Under the pieces are notes generated by a model. The model had not been told where the DNA came from and ran no database searches. It worked only from the letters and a program-made list of their open reading frames with translations. A program made the translations under genes and the position numbers. This document shows, one piece after another, positions 51,629-60,541 of a stretch of DNA of 64,000 nt. The stretch's first letter is position 1. The number at the start of each line of letters is the position of its first letter. Location: the sequence record SRR22947727_1359; one strand, given 5' to 3'.

Positions 51629-52806
51629 AAAATATTTTTCACGAAGCAATAGGGTCCGTTAATCGAACCAACCCTATTGGTTCGAAACGCCAAGACGAAC
51701 CTACCCTGTTGGTTCGTCGAACGCACCCTGTTGCTTCGTTTTTTGTAATTTTGCTTTTTGCTCTCATGGGCTCGGCGACGTTTGGGCAGGAAAAATCGTT
51801 CTCGATTCCGCAGCCAAATTACGAATTTCAATTCCCGCGAGACCACGGCTCGCATCCGGATTTCAAAATCGAATGGTGGTATATCACCGGCCATCTCAAA
51901 TCGGAGTCTGAGCGGCGCTTCGGATTTCAGGCAACGTTTTTTCGATTGGCCAATGTTGATGCCGAGACGCACATCTACATGGCTCATATGGCGGTTTCGG
52001 ATCCCGATACAGGCACCTTTCTTCACGAGGAACGACTGAATCGCGAAGGCTGGGATGCATTTTCAAAAGTCGAAGATCTCGATTTAAGAAACGGAAACTG
52101 GACGCTGAAAAGACAATTCGACGGAGAGATGGATCTGATCGGTTCCGTGCAATCCAAGGCGGGATTTTCCCTGAAACTCTCACCTGCCCAATCACACGTG
52201 ATTTTCGGGAAGGACGGGATTTCCAAAAAAGGAGCCGATGCTTCAGCTGCGAGTTATTACATCACTTATCCGCGACTTGATGTGTCGGGTGAATTACAAT
52301 TTAAGGGCGAGAAAATGGCGGTGACCGGCGAAGCGTGGATGGACCATGAAATTTCCAGCAGCCAACTTGATCGGAACCAGGTTGGCTGGGATTGGATTCA
52401 AATTCAGTTCGACGATGGCCGTGAATTGATGGGATACATCTTGCGAGAGGAAGACGGAAAGCCGAGCCCGTTTTCAAGCCTGAACTGGATCGATCAGGAT
52501 GGCTCGATCACCGTCCAGAAACCGGATTCCTATGAATGGAAAGCGGGCGGCTTTTGGAAGAGCAAAGCGACCGGCGCAAATTATCCAACCAGCCCAACAA
52601 TCAAAACGACAGATCCGAAAACAGGAAAACCAATCGTTCTAAAAAGTCGACCAACAATAAAAAACCAGGAGATGACCGGGAAGATCGGCGGGGTCAGTTA
52701 CTGGGAAGGCGCGGGCGACGTGCTCGATGGATCTGGAAAAGTCATCGGAAAATCTTTTCTCGAATTAACCGGATACGTAGGTGATTTGGGTGAGAAATTA
52801 CGCTAG
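51625..52806 (+). CDS. CrtC/AttH-like lipocalin-fold secreted protein; signal peptide interrupted in frame by a repeat
   Basis: FPRDHGSHPDFKIEWWYITG, WMDHE, GWDW, YWEG, LELTGY; ATGA-coupled start at 51625. Confidence 0.88.
   Translation: MKNIFHEAIGSVNRTNPIGSKRQDEPTLLVRRTHPVASFFVILLFALMGSATFGQEKSFSIPQPNYEFQFPRDHGSHPDFKIEWWYITGHLKSESERRFGFQATFFRLANVDAETHIYMAHMAVSDPDTGTFLHEERLNREGWDAFSKVEDLDLRNGNWTLKRQFDGEMDLIGSVQSKAGFSLKLSPAQSHVIFGKDGISKKGADASAASYYITYPRLDVSGELQFKGEKMAVTGEAWMDHEISSSQLDRNQVGWDWIQIQFDDGRELMGYILREEDGKPSPFSSLNWIDQDGSITVQKPDSYEWKAGGFWKSKATGANYPTSPTIKTTDPKTGKPIVLKSRPTIKNQEMTGKIGGVSYWEGAGDVLDGSGKVIGKSFLELTGYVGDLGEKLR
51641..51739. repeat. 99-bp composite of four REP-like units, intragenic
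   Basis: Units at 51642-62, 51664-84, 51696-716 and 51718-38; ends ACGAAGCAATAGGGT...ACCCTGTTGCTTCGT are near-perfect inverted repeats. Confidence 0.85.
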
Positions 52807-54054
52807 AAATCACGGATCACTTCTCTCGTCCAGATTTACCGACTCACCGTTCTCGTGATTATCGCGTGGCTGATTCGTGATCACCACACGCGACTTCGCG
52901 TTCAGGGCGATCGACCGATCACGGCTTACGAGGTGACGGTGTTCCTTCCCGATACACATAAACTCAAACCGGATGTCGGTCCTCGCGCTGGACTTTTTAT
53001 TTTTGATAAATCGGGTGAGAAAATCGGATATGCGGCTCGAACCATGCCGCATGCCAAAGAAATCACGGGTTACTCGGGACCAACTGACGGATTGATCGTG
53101 TTTGATGCTCAAGACAAAGTTCTCGGTGTAAAAATTCGCGACAGCTACGACACGCCCAGTCATGTCGAGGACGTGACGCTTGATCTTCTTTTTATGGAAT
53201 CGTGGAACGGAAGGACGTGGGAAGAAATCGCTGCAATCACGGACTTTGGTGCGGCCAATATTTATGCCGTTTCGGGGGCTACGCGAACAAGCGACGCTCT
53301 GGTCGAAAGTATTTCCTTTCGCACGCAAATGGCGAAAGGCCCAAATGCGACCGTGGGGCAGAAGGTGAAATTTCGATGGCAGGATTTCGTGCTGATCGGT
53401 GTTCTCCTCGGAGGCTGCATCTTTGCATTCTGGAAATCGAAACGCGTTCAAAAATTTCGTCTGCCATATTCGGTCCTGTCAGTCGGCGTCTTCGGCATTC
53501 TGCTTGGCGATCTACTTGCGCAATCACTCTTGATTGGCTGGATCGAATCGCGAGTCCCCTGGGAGGCCACTCCCGGGCTGGTGATTTTTGCAGCGGCGAT
53601 GTTTGCACTCCCCTTCTTCACCAAACAGCCGGTTTACTGTCAGTTCGTTTGTCCTCACGGAATTTTACAGCGTTGGCTCATGAAACTTCGACCGGCAAAA
53701 TGGATGACTAAACTGAATCCCGACATCAAATGGTTGGGACGATTGATTCCTGTTTTCCTCCTTCTCCTCGTTTTGTTAGTTAGCTTTTTTCGGCTTCCGA
53801 TTGGACTTGCTGGAATCGAGCCTTTTGATGCGTGGCTGATTAAATCTGCCGGCATCGCCACGATTGTAGTCTTTGGCGTGGGCCTCCTTCTCGCATTTTT
53901 CATCCCGATGGCTTACTGCAAATACGGATGCCCCACCGGGCTGCTATTGGAATTTATTCGCCGACGCTCCGCCCCTAATTCGTTTCAGCGGAAAGATTGG
54001 GTGGGACTCGTTTTTCTCATTTCTGCAATCGCTCTTCATACCCTGTTGAAATGA
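52807..54054 (+). CDS. FMN-binding (flavinylation motif) plus 4Fe-4S membrane protein, NosR/NapH-like; start unresolved (first GTG 52855)
   Basis: GYSGP, AVSGATRTS, YCQFVCPHG, EPFDAW, YCKYGCPTG; multiple TM helices. Confidence 0.8.
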   Translation, partial: KSRITSLVQIYRLTVLVIIAWLIRDHHTRLRVQGDRPITAYEVTVFLPDTHKLKPDVGPRAGLFIFDKSGEKIGYAARTMPHAKEITGYSGPTDGLIVFDAQDKVLGVKIRDSYDTPSHVEDVTLDLLFMESWNGRTWEEIAAITDFGAANIYAVSGATRTSDALVESISFRTQMAKGPNATVGQKVKFRWQDFVLIGVLLGGCIFAFWKSKRVQKFRLPYSVLSVGVFGILLGDLLAQSLLIGWIESRVPWEATPGLVIFAAAMFALPFFTKQPVYCQFVCPHGILQRWLMKLRPAKWMTKLNPDIKWLGRLIPVFLLLLVLLVSFFRLPIGLAGIEPFDAWLIKSAGIATIVVFGVGLLLAFFIPMAYCKYGCPTGLLLEFIRRRSAPNSFQRKDWVGLVFLISAIALHTLLK

Positions 54055-54449
54055 AAACTCGTATCATTGGATTGCTCATTCTGGTCGCCCTCTGGCTAGG
54101 GATCATGCTGCCTGCTTTTTCCGAAAAGCGCCTCGACGGGCAAGTGAAGGAGCTGTTGCGCGAGGTGCAGACCGCCCTGCAAAATTATCACGTTGATGAA
54201 GAGTTGTATCCCAAATCAAAAATGTCCGGCGCGGAGTTGATCGGACTTCTTGACGAAGGAGGGTATTTGGAAGCTCCTCCGCTTAACCCTTGGACCACCG
54301 AGCCATATCAAACGCCGGATGATCCGATCGACTTTCTCGAATACGAAACGGACGAACTTGCCGAGACTTACACGCTCATTGCCCGAACAAAGGACTCAGA
54401 TGAGGTGCATCATATTCTCGACAGCACGGCGCATCATTCGCTTGAATAG
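54051..54449 (+). CDS. Small pseudopilin (GspG-like) protein without a prepilin cleavage site
   Basis: N-terminal TM, EVQTALQNYHVDEELYP, NPWT; ATGA overlap. Confidence 0.55.
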   Translation: MKTRIIGLLILVALWLGIMLPAFSEKRLDGQVKELLREVQTALQNYHVDEELYPKSKMSGAELIGLLDEGGYLEAPPLNPWTTEPYQTPDDPIDFLEYETDELAETYTLIARTKDSDEVHHILDSTAHHSLE

Positions 54450-54453
54450 CGGA

Positions 54454-55872
54454 ATGAGATTCATTGCGATTTTAGCATTCGGGGTTTGCGGATTTGTTTC
54501 AGCACAATCACCCGACGCAAATTCCGTAAAAGCTGCCATGAAAAAGGCGGCGACCTTCTATACTGAGAAAGTGGCGCGAAATGGCGGCTATGTTTATTAC
54601 ACGGCTCCCGACTTTTCGTGGCGCCATGGCGAAGGCCGTGCAGAGGAAAACCAAATTTGGGTGCAACCTCCTGGAACTCCAACAGTTGGGATGGCATATC
54701 TCACTGCCTATGAAGCAACGCGCGATGACTTCTATTTAGATGCAGCCCTAACCACTGGAAAAGCGCTCATTCATGGCCAGCTGGAATCGGGTGCGTGGAC
54801 CAATTCCGTTTGCTTCGATCCAACCAGCAAATTGACGGGGCAATACCAAAACGGGAAAGGCAAAGGGCGAAACTTCTCCACCCTGGATGATTGGATCTCA
54901 CAATCAGCGATCAAGTTTCTCATTTTGTTAGATGAGGCGACCGAATTTAAAAACAAGACCGTTCACGACTCCGTTGTCGTTGCAGTGGATGCGTTGCTCG
55001 GAGCACAATTTCCCAATGGAGCATTTCCACAGGGCTGGGACGAAACTCCGGCATCGGCAGGGAATTCGCTGGGAAAGACGGCGAATTATCCGACTTACGA
55101 CTGGCGGACGGAAGGTCGGATTAAAGAGTATTGGGATCTCTACACGCTCAACGATGACCTTGCGATGTCGGTGACGGACACGCTTTTCACGGCGCACCGA
55201 CTTTACAAAGGCGACAAGTATCTCGAGGCCCTCAAACGATTTGGAGACTTTCTGATTCTCTCGCAAATGCCTGAACCTCAACCAGGGTGGGCCCAGCAGT
55301 ACAATTACGAAATCCAACCGGTTTGGGCTCGAAAGTTTGAGCCGCCCGCGATTTCAGGTCGTGAAACCGAAGGCGTGCTTGCGACGCTGATGAAACTCGC
55401 GGTCTACACCAAAGACAAAAAATACCTCGAACCAATCCCAGCAGCACTTGCGTGGTTGAAACGTTCAACCCTGCCCAATGGCCAGCTCGCCCGCTACTAC
55501 GAACTTGAAACGAACAAGCCGCTCTACATGGAGCGCAGTGGCAAAGTGTATTCCCTGACTCATGACGATTCAAATTTACCAAGCCATTACGGCTGGAAAA
55601 ACGATGCTCAGATTTCACATCTCGAAGCGGCCTTAGCTGCGATTTATGATCGCAAACCATTACCTGATCCAGTTTTTCCGCCGGAGACACCTGATCCAAC
55701 GGTGGAAAAAATCATTTCTAATCTGAATGCGGATGGCGCATGGATTTCAACATTCGCCGGTGAATTGTTGTCGGGGCAGCCCAAATTTCAGCCAGGCGAA
55801 AAATATATTCACAGTGGCGTTTTCAGTCGAAATATGGAATTGCTTTCGGCTAAGTTAAAAACAGCTCCGTGA
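54454..55872 (+). CDS. Pectate lyase PL10 (PelA)-like protein
   Basis: WVQPPGTP, STLDD, QFPNGAFPQ, TLND, PGWAQQY, ARKFEP, ARYYEL. Confidence 0.8.
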   Translation: MRFIAILAFGVCGFVSAQSPDANSVKAAMKKAATFYTEKVARNGGYVYYTAPDFSWRHGEGRAEENQIWVQPPGTPTVGMAYLTAYEATRDDFYLDAALTTGKALIHGQLESGAWTNSVCFDPTSKLTGQYQNGKGKGRNFSTLDDWISQSAIKFLILLDEATEFKNKTVHDSVVVAVDALLGAQFPNGAFPQGWDETPASAGNSLGKTANYPTYDWRTEGRIKEYWDLYTLNDDLAMSVTDTLFTAHRLYKGDKYLEALKRFGDFLILSQMPEPQPGWAQQYNYEIQPVWARKFEPPAISGRETEGVLATLMKLAVYTKDKKYLEPIPAALAWLKRSTLPNGQLARYYELETNKPLYMERSGKVYSLTHDDSNLPSHYGWKNDAQISHLEAALAAIYDRKPLPDPVFPPETPDPTVEKIISNLNADGAWISTFAGELLSGQPKFQPGEKYIHSGVFSRNMELLSAKLKTAP

Positions 55873-56657
55873 ATATTTACGAATACAACCGCAACGCGTG
55901 GAATTTCCAATCAATCGAAGGCTGCCGATGGAGCACCCCCTACGATGACGAAGTTTTTGCCCGCGCCAAAAATCTGGACTGGTCAGTGATTCTGACCCCG
56001 AATAAAGCCGTCCCTACGAGCTGGTTTCCCAATTCACACCCGGACTTAACCGGAACAGACATTCTCGCTCTCGCATCCGGTGGCGGACAACAGGTTCCGA
56101 TATTTGCCTCTGCGGGAGCAAACGTGACCTCGTTCGACGCCTCAGACATTCAGCTCGACAAAGACACTGATGTTTGTGAAAAACTTGGACTGAAGATCAA
56201 AACCATCCAAGGCGATATGGCCGACCTGTCGGAACTTGCTGACGAATCGTTCGATCTAATTTTTAATCCGGTTTCCAATGTCTTTGCCGAAAATCTTGAG
56301 CCAATCTGGAATGAGTGCGCACGAGTCCTCCGTCGCGGCGGGAAGCTGATGTGCGGCGCGATGACTCCAGCATTCTACATCTTTGATCATGTGGAATCAG
56401 AGGAAACCGGAAAGCCGGTTGTCGCCTACAAACTTCCGTATTCAGACATGGACGCCCTCGATGCAGAGCCGCTTTCTGAGCAACTCGAAGCACAACTTTC
56501 CGTCGAATACAGCCACAGCATGGAAGCTCAAGTCGGCGGGCAATGCGCTGCAGGATTTGCCGTTACCGGTTTTTACGAAGATGACTGGGATGATGAATCC
56601 ACTGTTCTCAACGGATTGTTTCCGGTGATGTTTGCGACGTGCGCAGTGAAACTGTGA
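55869..56657 (+). CDS. Class I SAM-dependent methyltransferase
   Basis: ILALASGGGQQ, QGDM.DL, FDLIFNPVS, RVLRRGG. Confidence 0.9.
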   Translation: MNIYEYNRNAWNFQSIEGCRWSTPYDDEVFARAKNLDWSVILTPNKAVPTSWFPNSHPDLTGTDILALASGGGQQVPIFASAGANVTSFDASDIQLDKDTDVCEKLGLKIKTIQGDMADLSELADESFDLIFNPVSNVFAENLEPIWNECARVLRRGGKLMCGAMTPAFYIFDHVESEETGKPVVAYKLPYSDMDALDAEPLSEQLEAQLSVEYSHSMEAQVGGQCAAGFAVTGFYEDDWDDESTVLNGLFPVMFATCAVKL

Positions 56658-56672
56658 TCTAAAACTAATCCA

Positions 56673-56715
56673 CGAAACAACAGGGTTGATTCATCGAACC
56701 AACCCTGTTTATTTC
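56673..56715. repeat. REP-like palindromic repeat (43-bp doublet)
   Basis: CGAAACAACAGGGTTGATTCATCGAACCAACCCTGTTTATTTC. Confidence 0.8.
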
Positions 56716-56795
56716 AAATGGGCGATCCTGCGGAGCCGTTCCCGGCTGTCCTCAGACCGCTGGCAAGCCAGCTTTCCGCCCGTTTTTCGTTGAAC

Positions 56796-59700
56796 TCACT
56801 TCACGTTAAAGACGCCTTTCATCAACATGAAGTGCCCTGGGAACGTGCAGACAAACTCGTATTTTCCGGGCTTGGTTGGCGCGGTGAATTCGATGGTTTC
56901 TTCCTCGCCGTTATCGAGCATTTTTGTTCCGGCAATGATTTTATCGCTGTCGGGACGGAAGTCTTTGGCAAAGCCTTCGGCGCCCATGGCCATGGCGGCT
57001 TGTCCCATTTCCTGAGAGCTACCAGGCTGAACCACCAGCAAGTTGTGTGGCATGAAATCAGGATTCGCGAAGGTCAGTTTGATCTTCTTCCCTGCTTTGA
57101 TGCTGAGCTCTTTCACATCGTAGCTCATCCGCTCGACGATTGTGCCAATCCGAATTTCAGTGAGCTCATCGGTATCGGAGAGAATTCCTGATTTCACCTT
57201 CGGGCCTCCGTGATCTTCTTCCAACGCAGCACCAGCACCTTTGGTGGGATCAGCATTGTACCAGTGATGCTGAACGGTTTGAGCAGCGACACGAGCATGT
57301 GGCTCGGGTGATTTCAGAAGGTTGCCGAGCAGTTTTCCATTCCGAACGTTGTGGGCTTGGTGAAGCCAGAGCGCCTCGGTCAAATGATGTGCGTCTTCGG
57401 CTTTGTTTACATTTAAACCCGCCATCCATTTTTCACAGGCAGCAATGACTTCTTTGGTGTCACGACCGCTCAATTCAATGCGAGTCCGGTGACGGACACC
57501 ATCGATGGGATGCTCCAGATTTTTCATCAATGCGGCAAGGGGCTCGCCGGCGATTTTCACAGACTCCTGAAGCGGACGCGTCTTGTGACTGATCCGCATG
57601 ATGCGACCGTGCTTGTGATCGCGATTGGGGTCTCGGATGTTGTGCTGCATGTGGCCGATGATAACATTCGCCCAATCAGACACGTAAAGCGCCCCGTCGT
57701 CTCCGAATACAGAATCGGTCGGTCGGAAATTTTTATCACCGCTGAGCAACAATCCTTTCGCTGTCATTTCATTACCGCCCATTTCAACGGTCAAATCAGT
57801 GCCCGAAGGCTCGCCCCAGACTTCTCCGAATTTCCGTCCGTCGCCGCCATCGCGATCGAGTCGATATTGTTTGATTCCGAGAAATCCAATTGAATTGCAG
57901 ATTAGAAAATCCTGCTGCATTTCATCGGGGAAATGCGAGCTGGAAACGATCTCGTTCGCAGGAACAGGACGCACTTCTTTTTTCAGAAGCGGGTGCATTT
58001 TCCAGGACGATCCGTCAGGACGGACCTGATATGCACGACCACCGGTTCCGTCGGTTGCGTAGTGGTAGCCCCAGCCATCGAAGGCGATTCCGTGTGGATT
58101 TGGGCTGTTTCCGCCGTGCGTTGCGATGGTGTAACGACGGGGATCAAAACGATACATTGCGCTTGAACCAGTGCTTAGCGAAGTGCCCCAGGGATGCTCA
58201 ATGTTGTTGTGCAGAAAAATCCCGCTCTGCCAATAAATACCACCGTCCGGGCCATAGATTAGGTTATTCGCCGCGTGGTGAGTGTCGGCAGAACCAATGC
58301 CGTGAGCAATCACGTGACGTTCGTCAGCAATGTCATCACCATCAGTGTCTTTCAGGAAAATCAGATTCGGCTGTGATGCCACGATCACCCCACCGTTCCA
58401 AAATTCAAAACCCAGCGGATTCGCAACCTTCGCAAACTCGATCACCTTATCAGCAACACCATCACGATCAGTGTCTTCAAAAATCAGGAGACTATCATCG
58501 ACATCACGAATCGGCGCCTGCTTCGGGTAAGTCGGCCAAACGGCAGCCCAAACGCGGCCTTTCGCATCGACCTGCATTTGCACAGGATTCACCAGCTTTG
58601 GAAATTTCGCTTCATCCGCAAAGACATTGATTTGAAATTCGTCCGGCACATCCATCGTCGCCTTGCTTTCTTCGCTGGTCAGATAATTCACGGTCCCCTC
58701 TTTTTGAGAACTCGACATGTTGCCTTTGCCGCCCACATTCGAAACCACCTTGATCGGCTTCGGAACATTCGAGTCGTCGATTTCCAAATCACCGCCGTCG
58801 GCACGTGCCCAAATTTTCTTGTCGCGGTTTTCAGCCAAGGCATCAAGCATCAACATTTCGTAGCGCAAGACGTCGCCATTTGTCTGATCGCCAACAAATT
58901 TCAAAATCGAACGACTTCCCCAAATGTCATTTCCATCGACTGCGCGATAGCGATCAAACCAGTTTGTATTTTTCTCCATCACCGCTTCGCGAAGCGGCTC
59001 AAGCGCGTCCGTTGCTGGGATTTTTTCACCAATGAGGGCTTCGGCAATCACTTCGCCAACGAGTTTGTTACCATACTCATTTAGGTGAATTCCGTTCATC
59101 GTCAGGGGTTCTTCAGACGATTTGTAAAGTGCCTGGCTCGGATTGAACAAATCCACAAACGCTACACCGCTATCAGCAGCCGCCTTTTTGGTCGCTTCGG
59201 TATACGCTGCAAGTCGCTCATTATTTGCTTTTCCGTCAGGAAGATTCGGTGTTCCCAAATCTTCGTGAGCAATCGGGCTGAACAACACGATACGGGGGAA
59301 TGATTCTCCGTTCGGCTTTACTGCGCGGAGCTTCGCAACGAGGTCCACCAACTTCTTCGTGTAATCTTCCGGCTTATCTTCAAAACTTTCGTTGTAACCA
59401 AAAAAGGAAAAAATCACATCGGCCTTTACGATTTGGAGATACCCATCAATCGGCGTGAATCCCTTATTTCGAGGGTAATAATCGGTGCGATCTCCGGAAA
59501 AACCAAGATTTCGAAACGTCAGATTTTTGTCTTTCTGACTGCTTTGAACGATCGATTCCATCCAACCGTCGTATTGCATCCGCTCAGCTAAACCGCTTCC
59601 GATCATTGCCACTTTATCGTCGGCTTGAAATGCAAATTTCTCAGGATCCCTATAATCGGCAGGAACGTTAGCCGTGGCGGTCGCCCACAATTTCGGTTCC

Positions 59701-60284
59701 GGAACGCTCTCTCTCTTTTTCTTTTTCGCGTCGCTTTTTTTGGCTGCCTTCCCGGGTTTGCCATTGTGAGCCAGCAATGTTGTTTTTCCCTTTTTCGTCA
59801 GATCAAAAGTGATCGATCCCTCAGGCGCCTCATTTTTTTCCCGAACAAAAACCGGCTCGCGTTTTGCATTCAGGATCGAGATTTTAAAATCATTCAATCG
59901 TGAAGCCAAACCGTCGTCACGATTCCAGATCTGAATTTTATCAATCTTTGCTTCTGCCCCAAGATCAACCTCCCACCACGGCGCTTTTGCGTCTTGCTTG
60001 GTGTGAGTCGCTCCTCCGTCTCCATAACTGGAGCTTTTATTCCCATCAATACCGCGCTCGGGCTTGCCGCCGGAAGCCTCACTCGACTGAGTTGCTTTTC
60101 CCCCTTTGGCAATATTCTTGCCGCCGGAAATCACTTCGACCTCCGCAAGCGTCAGGGTTCCGCCTTTGGGCAGTTCGATCCGGACAAATTGACCAGGCTT
60201 ATCAGTGGTAACATCCTTCGCCAAAAGGCTTGGCGTCAGCCCAACTAGGAGCATCGCCAAAATTACGAGTGGGGATTTATTCAT
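56796..60284 (-). CDS. Secreted multidomain protein: F5/8-C + SGNH-like + PVC-type dehydrogenase propeller + HEAT-like + azurin/auracyanin-like cupredoxin
   Basis: [17 protein letters not shown] and GIHLN; NPVQM, DTHH, NPHG, FRP, IGHMQH..RDPNRD; MPHN...CTFPGH..MKG. Confidence 0.85.
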   Translation of the reverse strand: MNKSPLVILAMLLVGLTPSLLAKDVTTDKPGQFVRIELPKGGTLTLAEVEVISGGKNIAKGGKATQSSEASGGKPERGIDGNKSSSYGDGGATHTKQDAKAPWWEVDLGAEAKIDKIQIWNRDDGLASRLNDFKISILNAKREPVFVREKNEAPEGSITFDLTKKGKTTLLAHNGKPGKAAKKSDAKKKKRESVPEPKLWATATANVPADYRDPEKFAFQADDKVAMIGSGLAERMQYDGWMESIVQSSQKDKNLTFRNLGFSGDRTDYYPRNKGFTPIDGYLQIVKADVIFSFFGYNESFEDKPEDYTKKLVDLVAKLRAVKPNGESFPRIVLFSPIAHEDLGTPNLPDGKANNERLAAYTEATKKAAADSGVAFVDLFNPSQALYKSSEEPLTMNGIHLNEYGNKLVGEVIAEALIGEKIPATDALEPLREAVMEKNTNWFDRYRAVDGNDIWGSRSILKFVGDQTNGDVLRYEMLMLDALAENRDKKIWARADGGDLEIDDSNVPKPIKVVSNVGGKGNMSSSQKEGTVNYLTSEESKATMDVPDEFQINVFADEAKFPKLVNPVQMQVDAKGRVWAAVWPTYPKQAPIRDVDDSLLIFEDTDRDGVADKVIEFAKVANPLGFEFWNGGVIVASQPNLIFLKDTDGDDIADERHVIAHGIGSADTHHAANNLIYGPDGGIYWQSGIFLHNNIEHPWGTSLSTGSSAMYRFDPRRYTIATHGGNSPNPHGIAFDGWGYHYATDGTGGRAYQVRPDGSSWKMHPLLKKEVRPVPANEIVSSSHFPDEMQQDFLICNSIGFLGIKQYRLDRDGGDGRKFGEVWGEPSGTDLTVEMGGNEMTAKGLLLSGDKNFRPTDSVFGDDGALYVSDWANVIIGHMQHNIRDPNRDHKHGRIMRISHKTRPLQESVKIAGEPLAALMKNLEHPIDGVRHRTRIELSGRDTKEVIAACEKWMAGLNVNKAEDAHHLTEALWLHQAHNVRNGKLLGNLLKSPEPHARVAAQTVQHHWYNADPTKGAGAALEEDHGGPKVKSGILSDTDELTEIRIGTIVERMSYDVKELSIKAGKKIKLTFANPDFMPHNLLVVQPGSSQEMGQAAMAMGAEGFAKDFRPDSDKIIAGTKMLDNGEEETIEFTAPTKPGKYEFVCTFPGHFMLMKGVFNVK

Positions 60285-60541
60285 AAATTCAAAAAATAGG
60301 GGCTTCGAAATCAAAATTCTATCACGCAAACAAAAATGCGCTTGGATGAAACAGTCCACGATAATGCCTGAGATTTTTGTAACGCTCAAGTCACAAAAGT
60401 ATCGATTTTTCAGAGATTTGAATGGGCAAAACAAGATAGCGCTATCGCCGCAATCACTGCTCCATAAACCTCACCAAGTGGCGTCAATACGGAGCGGCAG
60501 AGGGTTGAACGGTCAATTTCCGGCTTCTATCTTTCTAGACG

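Noticed and set aside
51641-51739. Possible mini-CRISPR array
   Set aside because: Units are 21 bp with 1- or 11-nt gaps and mixed orientation, are dispersed elsewhere in the window, and no cas genes are present.
35288-52806. Genome-wide TAG recoding (in-frame TAGs at 35288, 52804, weakly 45437)
   Set aside because: pheA and the DUF1552 gene end at TAG at the expected C-terminus, and no Pyl machinery or suppressor tRNA is in the window.
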